A program made the position numbers and the translations under genes. From the IMG/VR virus record IMGVR_UViG_3300033143_002274, positions 1 through 64,000 of that record: a stretch of 64,000 nucleotides of DNA. The stretch is one strand, 5' to 3'. The notes beneath the pieces are model-generated. The model was given only the letters and a program-made list of their open reading frames with translations. It had not been told where the DNA came from and ran no database searches. Positions 57,351 through 64,000 of the stretch are shown here, one piece after another (positions within the stretch are counted from its first letter, which is position 1; each line of letters starts with the position of its first letter). Source of the DNA: a virus.

Positions 57351-57687
57351 AATTTCTTAATGGAACAATCCCATCATTTGTTATACCCCATTGCTTCAAC
57401 AGGGAACTTATATTCTGTGATACCGTTTTCTTTCCGCTTACTGGTGATTTGATGTTAGCAAGATGACCAAAATGTTCATTGCCTAATCCTTTCCAATCAG
57501 ATGTTGTGACAAAACGCCACCCATCACTATTCTTACGTTTAATTTTTGCAACACATTTGGCACAACCAAGTGAATCTCTTTTGTATAATTCTACGCGGTC
57601 AGGCCAAGCAGCAAATTCAACTTTACCAATGGAAGCAACTGAGGTCATACCTGTTGCTGCGGTTTCAAATATATCGTTTATTTTCAT
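57349..57687 (-). CDS. putative internal head protein
   Basis: MKINDIFETA N-terminus. Confidence 0.65.
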   Translation of the reverse strand: MKINDIFETAATGMTSVASIGKVEFAAWPDRVELYKRDSLGCAKCVAKIKRKNSDGWRFVTTSDWKGLGNEHFGHLANIKSPVSGKKTVSQNISSLLKQWGITNDGIVPLRN

Positions 57688-58055
57688 GATTTGTTCTTCT
57701 TAACTAATTCAACTAAAAATTCATCACGGTCAAATGGTTTGTCTTCAGTTTTCTTACCAGTATCTTCTGGGGTTTTTGATTGGTTTTGTTTTTCTTCTTT
57801 AAGACGTAAATCTTCATCTTTGGCAAGAGCGTCTTTTGCAAGAACAAGGAATGTTTGAGCAACTTCAATATTACGTGCTCTGTATTTTGCATCAAAGTTG
57901 GCAATGTCAAGCATCTGTTCTTTGTATGCTTTAAGTGCAAGTTGTGCAACTTCATTCAGATTGGGATTATCTGAAAAATTATAACGTTCTTCCAATTCTT
58001 TTAACATAGGATCATCAGATGCTGGAAGTCCGAAAGTGTCTTCTAACTTAGACAT
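57684..58055 (-). CDS. possible terminase small subunit
   Basis: Helical 123-aa protein (LEDTFGLP...A...L.LA.DA...K); late operon; weak assignment. Confidence 0.4.
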   Translation of the reverse strand: MSKLEDTFGLPASDDPMLKELEERYNFSDNPNLNEVAQLALKAYKEQMLDIANFDAKYRARNIEVAQTFLVLAKDALAKDEDLRLKEEKQNQSKTPEDTGKKTEDKPFDRDEFLVELVKKNKS

Positions 58056-58579
58056 TAGCTTTGTGTCCAGATGTCCACAGTACCAGAGCCAGTTTTAACG
58101 AATTGTAGACCAGTACCAGAACCTTCAACGAAAGTAAATTTAGATAGACCTGCGCCAATAACTTCATATGATACGAAATTACCTACGTCAATTGCACCAT
58201 CAATTGTGACAGTATCATCTGTGATAACTTCAGCAGTTACAGTAGCAGTGGCAAATGTTAATGCTAATGCGGTAACACCAGTTATGACATATGCAGAACC
58301 ATCATTGCTTGCAGTGTTAGCAATAGTCAGTGTCATACCAACACCAAAACCATCATCAATCCAACTGCCTCGGTTACGAGTAAGTGAATCATCACCACCT
58401 GCACCATCAACGAATTCCAACGAAACATTATCACCAACATATGCTCCGATAACTTGTTCCTTTAGTGTTATCCTTACGTCAACTGTTGCTGTGCCACCAC
58501 ATTTTATGATGTATGAAACATCTTGTGGTGTCTTTATAACGATAGTGCCTGTGTTAAGATATTCTCTGATCGCGCTCAT
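58055..58579 (-). CDS. virion structural protein sharing a beta module with the baseplate proteins
   Basis: F.D....D..TR..GSW..DGF..G..I....SN. Confidence 0.7.
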   Translation of the reverse strand: MSAIREYLNTGTIVIKTPQDVSYIIKCGGTATVDVRITLKEQVIGAYVGDNVSLEFVDGAGGDDSLTRNRGSWIDDGFGVGMTLTIANTASNDGSAYVITGVTALALTFATATVTAEVITDDTVTIDGAIDVGNFVSYEVIGAGLSKFTFVEGSGTGLQFVKTGSGTVDIWTQS

Positions 58580-58612
58580 TTGTATAAATCTCCAATAATA
58601 TCTTAGTATTTA

Positions 58613-59080
58613 TCAATTTACGTAAACATCTACATAAGTTTGACCAAAATCGTCAATTGTTATGTCATTATTTTCGTTGTAATGGTTTTTGTAAAATCTG
58701 GCGAGTACAACTAAGTCATCATCAATCACATCTTCACCACGACTATCGTAATATGCATACAACATAGCAACCATGAATGCGATATTATGATCAAGTTCAT
58801 CTTTGATTGTATTGAATGTTTCAATTGAAACATCTATACCTGATGCAGCATGTACAGCTTCTTTAAGATTGGATTTGAATCTGATGTATTCTTTGGCAGT
58901 GTAGTCGATGCGTTCTTCGTCCATCATCATAAACCCATGTTTACTGCCATCAAACAAATCGGTGTTGTATGATTCGACTGCAAACGTTGCCTTGATTAAC
59001 TTAACCATTGCAGGTTCATTTACGTCCATCACGGACAAAGTTCGTTTTACTATCTCAGAAAGGTTTTCTGGATTAATCAT
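58613..59080 (-). CDS. hypothetical protein (possible degenerate lysozyme fold)
   Basis: T.AVES...G..M, A..YK..YN. Confidence 0.55.
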   Translation of the reverse strand: MINPENLSEIVKRTLSVMDVNEPAMVKLIKATFAVESYNTDLFDGSKHGFMMMDEERIDYTAKEYIRFKSNLKEAVHAASGIDVSIETFNTIKDELDHNIAFMVAMLYAYYDSRGEDVIDDDLVVLARFYKNHYNENNDITIDDFGQTYVDVYVN

Positions 59081-59191
59081 TTTGGTTCTCCTTCTATTTA
59101 GTGTTATTTATCGTTTTTAAATGCAGATGATTTCGTTTAATTTTGGATGATGTTGTGTAAATAATTATATGAATAACCAGAAGGAAACACA

Positions 59192-59944
59192 ATGTCTAAG
59201 AAAAACAAACGTAACAAATTAACTGTAATATCGAACGACCAACAAGCATCTTCACACGGTGCTGACCACAAAAAATCATTTCATAAGAAGGATGTCAAAT
59301 TCATAACCCCAATCACAGACACACAGAAGACCGCTATGGACTGCTACCGTGATGGTGATAACATGTTTATGTATGGGTCAGCAGGGTGTGGTAAGACGTT
59401 CTTGGGAATGTACATGGCACTCAATGATGTTCTTGATGAACGTACTGAATACCACAAACTTATCATTGTCAGAAGTGCTGTTGCTACCCGCGACATTGGG
59501 TTTTTGCCGGGCACTGAGGAAGAAAAACTGGCGATCTTTGAACAACCATATACATCAATCTGTAATGAGTTATTCAAGTTTGGGAAGTCATATGAGAATC
59601 TGAAGAAGTTAAATTATGTTGATTTTGTAAGCAGTTCATTCCTACGTGGATTGACCTTCGACCACTCAATTATACTGGTAGATGAAGTACAAAACTTTAA
59701 TGCAGATGAACTCAATACTGTGATGACCCGCATAGGTTATCAATCTAAAATTATCTTCAGTGGTGACTTAGCACAATCAGATTTGATGAAGACAAACAGG
59801 GACAAATCTGGTATGGGTGATTTCCTCAACATCATCAGGACTCTGGATGAATTCGCAATGATCAAGTTCACAACTGATGATATCGTCCGGTCTGACCTTG
59901 TAAAACGCTATATTATCGCAAAAGAAAAATACGAAAAGTTGTAA
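59192..59944 (+). CDS. phoH: PhoH-family ATPase
   Basis: GSAGCGKT, GFLPG...EK, RGLTF, DEVQN, TRIG, GD..Q.D, DIVRS.LV. Confidence 0.95.
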   Translation: MSKKNKRNKLTVISNDQQASSHGADHKKSFHKKDVKFITPITDTQKTAMDCYRDGDNMFMYGSAGCGKTFLGMYMALNDVLDERTEYHKLIIVRSAVATRDIGFLPGTEEEKLAIFEQPYTSICNELFKFGKSYENLKKLNYVDFVSSSFLRGLTFDHSIILVDEVQNFNADELNTVMTRIGYQSKIIFSGDLAQSDLMKTNRDKSGMGDFLNIIRTLDEFAMIKFTTDDIVRSDLVKRYIIAKEKYEKL

Positions 59945-59971
59945 GTTGTTGTTTTAAAAGGAGATATAAAT

Positions 59972-60000
59972 TTGACAGCAGGAAGTTTTCAATCTATAAT
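59972..60000 (+). promoter_or_regulatory. sigma70-type early promoter
   Basis: TTGACA-17-TATAAT with the TTTTCAATC extension. Confidence 0.85.
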
Positions 60001-60025
60001 AGTTCCATCAACTGAGGGAAAGATT

Positions 60026-60388
60026 ATGAAAACTCGTACAGCACATGATACAGCTTGGGATACACTGTCTGACTTACACAAAGATGTTTATGGATTCCGT
60101 CCACGTGGTGTATACGATTTCGACTCAATGTCTACTGATGATATTGAAGACGAGATTGAACGTCTTATTCCTGCTTTGAATGAAGTTGTCGCAGCAGAAC
60201 AAGCACGTGAACGAGCAGCGATTGTAGCATTCGAACAGGTTATCACTGAAACCATTGCTAATGGTGCAGGTACTCGTGCCAATGCAATCAACTGGTTGCG
60301 TGATGCAGAAGAAGACGATTTTATGACTGATGGTTACTTCGGTTTTCTTTACGGTCTTCCTCACAACTACTTTGAGAAAGCAGCATAA
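60026..60388 (+). CDS. conserved T4-like early hypothetical protein
   Basis: SDLHKDVYGFRPR, GA..R..A..W, YGLP; start corrected to MKTRT. Confidence 0.8.
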   Translation: MKTRTAHDTAWDTLSDLHKDVYGFRPRGVYDFDSMSTDDIEDEIERLIPALNEVVAAEQARERAAIVAFEQVITETIANGAGTRANAINWLRDAEEDDFMTDGYFGFLYGLPHNYFEKAA

Positions 60389-60753
60389 TGGAGAAGGTAA
60401 CTAATTACGGATACTCTAAGAGGGCGGGTAAACCCCCTAAGATGTATAAGATCATTATAAACAATAGTGCCAATAGGATTGATGGGTTTGATATGGTTCG
60501 TACAAAAACTGGAAAAATTGTACGTCTGGGTAATAACATGGAGGTAAGTTTGCTTAATGAATACAGCTTCTATTATGCTGCAACACATGGTGAGAATGGA
60601 TCGCCTATATTTATTGTTAATGATGGCAGTCTATATCTGAGTTGTTATTGGGGTGACATAATGGAACACAAAGAATTATTTGCAGATCTTAGCAAGAAAG
60701 TTTACAGAAAAGAGTTAACAGCATTTGACTTACTAGGATTCTTAGTGTTATAG
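60388..60753 (+). CDS. hypothetical protein
   Basis: Coupled ORF. Confidence 0.7.
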   Translation: MEKVTNYGYSKRAGKPPKMYKIIINNSANRIDGFDMVRTKTGKIVRLGNNMEVSLLNEYSFYYAATHGENGSPIFIVNDGSLYLSCYWGDIMEHKELFADLSKKVYRKELTAFDLLGFLVL

Positions 60754-60812
60754 TGTATTCCTCCCAAGTCGTGAACCCTTTAGTTCACGCAACATTTAGC
60801 CCATTTGGGCAG

Positions 60813-60846
60813 AAGGTAACATACTTGTTGTGTTACCTTTTTTTTT
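60813..60846 (+). terminator. intrinsic terminator upstream of uvsX
   Basis: AAGGTAACA/TGTTACCTT stem followed by a T run. Confidence 0.75.
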
Positions 60847-60887
60847 GTTTTATACTCCACGAAAATAAGAAGAAGGAGAAAAAAATA

Positions 60888-61916
60888 ATGAGTGCAAATT
60901 TAGACACAACTAAGGTTATGAAAAACCTCAAGAAAGCCAAAATATCGTTGGGTATATCTGACCCCGATAAATGGTTGACCAGTGGTAATTATGGGTTAAA
61001 TTTTAAGTTAACAGGAGACTTCAACAGAGCATACCCCAATAAACGTTCTGTTATGTTTTGGGGGGAGTCTGGTACTGGTAAGACATTTCTTGCATGTTTG
61101 GCAGCAGTAGAAGCACAAAAAAATGGATACCATGTTGTGTACATTGATACTGAGAATGGTATTGATACTGGTTACTTGAGTAAGATTGGTATGGATATGT
61201 CAACAGGTGCGTTCAGTGTGATACGAATTAACACATTAAAAGAATGTATGGCAACTATGTTTGAATGGTTTGATGGATATGATCCTGATGTTAAATTATG
61301 TTTTGTAATTGATTCATTGACAAATATGAAAACAGAATCAGCGAATGAAAATGCTACTAAGGGTAAACTGTCAAATGATTTTGGTTTATTTGCTAAGAAG
61401 GTAAAAGAACTTGTAAGTCATCTTACTACCAAAATTGGAGACAGAGATAATTTCTTGTTTATGGTAAGTCACGCATATGCCAACCAAGATGTATTAAACG
61501 GAAAAGGTACACACTTACCGAGTGGTGGCGGTGGAATGATTTATGCTCCGTCAATGAGTATTTTTGTGTCTAAACTTAAATTAAAGGACACAACAACTAA
61601 ACAAGTGGTCGGTGTCAAGATAACGGCTGAAGCAAGTAAGACACGCTTTACTCAACTTGGTGGCAGAATCAGACTTGAAGTCCCATACTCAACTGGGCTT
61701 GATCCTATTGATGGCCTATTGGATTTAGCAGTTGAAGCTGATCTTGTTGATAACACAACTAAAGGTTGGTATAGCTTTGGTGATCCTGAAACGGGTGAAC
61801 TCATAAAATTCCGTAAGAAAGATTTTGGCGATCATTATAAGAAACTTTTTGATTTCGATGAAGCTACTGAAATCAAAGAAGGTGCTGATTACGAAGATAA
61901 GGATGGAGCATCATAA
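60888..61916 (+). CDS. uvsX: RecA/UvsX recombinase
   Basis: GESGTGKT, YIDTE, VIDSL, SGG, KTRF; AAGGAG SD before MSANL. Confidence 0.93.
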   Translation: MSANLDTTKVMKNLKKAKISLGISDPDKWLTSGNYGLNFKLTGDFNRAYPNKRSVMFWGESGTGKTFLACLAAVEAQKNGYHVVYIDTENGIDTGYLSKIGMDMSTGAFSVIRINTLKECMATMFEWFDGYDPDVKLCFVIDSLTNMKTESANENATKGKLSNDFGLFAKKVKELVSHLTTKIGDRDNFLFMVSHAYANQDVLNGKGTHLPSGGGGMIYAPSMSIFVSKLKLKDTTTKQVVGVKITAEASKTRFTQLGGRIRLEVPYSTGLDPIDGLLDLAVEADLVDNTTKGWYSFGDPETGELIKFRKKDFGDHYKKLFDFDEATEIKEGADYEDKDGAS

Positions 61917-61917
61917 T

Positions 61918-61947
61918 AAAAAAGGGATACCGAAGTATCCCTTTTTT
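61918..61947. terminator. bidirectional terminator identical to the one at 9324
   Basis: AAAAAAGGGATACCGAAGTATCCCTTTTTT between convergent genes. Confidence 0.9.
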
Positions 61948-61968
61948 CATTTCATAAACTAAGTAAGA

Positions 61969-62619
61969 TTACTTAGCGTTTAAGCGAGTATTAGTGTCAT
62001 TAACTGCTGCAATGATTTCAGCTTCAAGATCTAAATCACCAGTAGTGTAATCTACTTTTGCAAGAGCAGCAGAATCATATGATTCTTCAGCAGGTTCATA
62101 TGCAGATAAAGCATTTGCGCCATTGTCTAAAGTACGTACTGCAAGTTGTCCAAAAAGACCACCATCAACAGGTGAAAGTAAACCAGCATAACCAGACATA
62201 CCCACGAACAGATCAACATCAGTGATTACAACGTAAGAAGCAAGACCAGTTGTAGGACTTGTTACTACTAAGTTACCACCTGCAATTGCAAGTTCAGTGC
62301 CGGGCAAATCAGCATTGATAAGACCAAGAACAGTAGTGAAAGTATCAGCAGTAGTTACGTCAACTGAGATAGGGTAAGCAGTGCCATCAAGATTAATTGA
62401 AGCAGTATAAGTAGCAGTTACTAAACCAGCATCATTACCACCAACAGCAGACGCATCAAAGTCTACAGTTTGAACACCAGCAGCAGAACCACCAGCAGTT
62501 TCGTCTGTGTCCATACCTGCTACATCAGCAGTATTTACGACAGCAACACGAATGAAAGATTGTACCGTACCACGAGTTTTAGTAGCGTAAACTGTTTCGC
62601 CATTTATAGTTGTAGACAT
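61969..62619 (-). CDS. probable abundant virion structural protein
   Basis: Ala/Thr/Gly-rich; strong SD, late promoter and terminator; capsid-like codon bias. Confidence 0.7.
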   Translation of the reverse strand: MSTTINGETVYATKTRGTVQSFIRVAVVNTADVAGMDTDETAGGSAAGVQTVDFDASAVGGNDAGLVTATYTASINLDGTAYPISVDVTTADTFTTVLGLINADLPGTELAIAGGNLVVTSPTTGLASYVVITDVDLFVGMSGYAGLLSPVDGGLFGQLAVRTLDNGANALSAYEPAEESYDSAALAKVDYTTGDLDLEAEIIAAVNDTNTRLNAK

Positions 62620-62680
62620 TATTATTTCTCCTATGTTTGAATAATTTTGTTTGTAAAAGTATTTATATAAATAGTTATTT

Positions 62681-62905
62681 ATGATAGAAGATAAAATGAC
62701 ACCCTTAAACTTTCAACCACATAGCAGACCTGTGGTGAAAATGAGTATTACCGGAAGGTATCTTGGGGTGTATGACTCAGTGTCAGAAGCTGCCAGAGAG
62801 TCTAATCTGTCAAGGACAGCAATCACTAATGCTTTGAATAAGAAAGCAGGGGTGCAGCGTTCAGGAGGTTACGTTTGGAAGTATGTATCGGACTTAGCTA
62901 GATAA
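62681..62905 (+). CDS. stand-alone NUMOD1-type DNA-binding protein
   Basis: YDSVSEAAR.......I...L......GGYVWKY. Confidence 0.8.
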   Translation: MIEDKMTPLNFQPHSRPVVKMSITGRYLGVYDSVSEAARESNLSRTAITNALNKKAGVQRSGGYVWKYVSDLAR

Positions 62906-63169
62906 AGATACGGTATAGAGTACAGCACCACGATGTGATATATCGAATTTTCCGGTCAGACTACTGTAGTTGTCATTGATCCATGCAACGATAGAATCCC
63001 ATCTGCCACTTTTGATGACTTGTGCATTTTGGATAACGTCTACCATAGTGTCATCTGAAATGTTAACTCCCACAGGGTTAAATCGCATTTCATCAAATGC
63101 TTCAAAATCTGCATTGACGAAATCAAAATCTTCTTCATCTACTGCGGTAAATATATCTTTACTTATCAT
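62894..63169 (-). CDS. hypothetical protein
   Basis: GGAG SD and late promoter. Confidence 0.65.
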   Translation of the reverse strand: MISKDIFTAVDEEDFDFVNADFEAFDEMRFNPVGVNISDDTMVDVIQNAQVIKSGRWDSIVAWINDNYSSLTGKFDISHRGAVLYTVSLSS

Positions 63170-63214
63170 TTATAAAACTCCATACTATCAATGTATTTAT
63201 GAAGGATAACCAAA

Positions 63215-63661
63215 ATGACAGACATACAAGCAGAACTAGATAAATTTCAAATAAGATTCGATGAACTTGAGAAAACTGCTGAAGCAGACTTAGCACTTCA
63301 GGGTAAGAGATTGGAACAGGCACAGACACCACACCCAACATTACAACACAATTGGGGTAAGTTGGGAGCAGGATTATCTTGGTTATATGAAGAAGCAAAG
63401 AATGATGCAGACACTGCATTTGGGCAAGCATACACCAATGCCCAGAATGACAGTTACAAAACACGTTCTTCAACTGATGCTAAATGGATAGCAGAAAAGG
63501 ATGACAGGTATAACAAAGCAGTCAGAATCAAGAACAAGGTTTATAGATTGAAAAAAGAAGTGGATAATGTCACTGATGTTATTGAAAGTCGTAAGTACAT
63601 CTTGAAGGACTTGACTAACAGCATAATCCACTCAGTGAATAATTCTAAACTATACATATGA
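63215..63661 (+). CDS. uvsY: recombination mediator UvsY-like
   Basis: Helical ~150 aa; P.L...W...D..Y...I..R.Y.LK; near uvsX. Confidence 0.7.
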   Translation: MTDIQAELDKFQIRFDELEKTAEADLALQGKRLEQAQTPHPTLQHNWGKLGAGLSWLYEEAKNDADTAFGQAYTNAQNDSYKTRSSTDAKWIAEKDDRYNKAVRIKNKVYRLKKEVDNVTDVIESRKYILKDLTNSIIHSVNNSKLYI

Positions 63662-63888
63662 TGCCGTTGAAACACATGCGTAACCGTGAAGATTTCTTCA
63701 AGGCGTTATTGCACTATACTGTGGTCGAATATGACAATACTTCTGATGTTGATAATTACATCCTTTGGGGGATTGGTTCAGAATTAATCAACGTAACAAA
63801 TGATAAGCACACATCAGATTACCACCATCATGCTAATCTTGAGTTGACTGACAGTGGCAAAGCATACGTGGCTTTTTTAACATTATGA
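63658..63888 (+). CDS. hypothetical protein
   Basis: LTDSGKAYVAFLTL. Confidence 0.65.
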   Translation: MMPLKHMRNREDFFKALLHYTVVEYDNTSDVDNYILWGIGSELINVTNDKHTSDYHHHANLELTDSGKAYVAFLTL

Positions 63889-64000
63889 AACTGTTTCCTC
63901 ATAGACATATGAAACTGTTCCCTCATATTGATGGCAGGGTGATTGAACGTTGGAAGGTCATATACCAACACCAAAGTGACCCACATGAAATTTTACATAT

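Noticed and set aside
29314-58598. Long antisense ORFs such as 29314..29817, 34363..34935, 35857..36411 and 58071..58598
   Set aside because: They are shadows of the codon bias of structural genes on the opposite strand.
62681-62905. Homing endonuclease
   Set aside because: Only the NUMOD1-type DNA-binding part is present; there is no nuclease domain.
1-64000. CRISPR array, integrase, rRNA, introns or inteins in core genes
   Set aside because: No repeat-spacer array, recombinase or rRNA was seen; gp17, gp20, gp23, gp46 and UvsX are uninterrupted and of ordinary length.

Overview
A 64-kb, AT-rich segment of a lytic T4-superfamily myophage (standard genetic code). It holds the head module (gp20/21/22/23), gp46/47, the late sigma gp55, the tail/baseplate/fibre module, terminase, a lysis cassette, PhoH and UvsX/UvsY, plus many small accessory ORFs. 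The most notable part is the first 7 kb. A leaderless 25-codon leader peptide (7021-7098, minus strand) has a 14-codon core built only from Ser/Leu/Gln/Trp/Tyr/Pro codons and overlaps an antiterminator/terminator pair. Directly downstream lie eight tRNAs for exactly those six amino acids. This looks like a ribosome-stalling attenuator that switches on a phage back-up tRNA operon when host tRNAs are depleted or cleaved. The same strand continues into a ~860-nt non-coding, probably GOLLD-like RNA containing an acceptor-less tRNA-Lys module. Further on are an Rnl2 RNA ligase and a tRNA mimic with no anticodon loop. Other points of interest: leaderless late genes, candidate capsid-packaged enzymes, an HUH endonuclease beside a structured non-coding region, a likely +1 frameshift in a baseplate/tail chaperone, and a late small RNA displaying an anti-Shine-Dalgarno loop. 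All assignments come from reading motifs by eye; no database searches were run.
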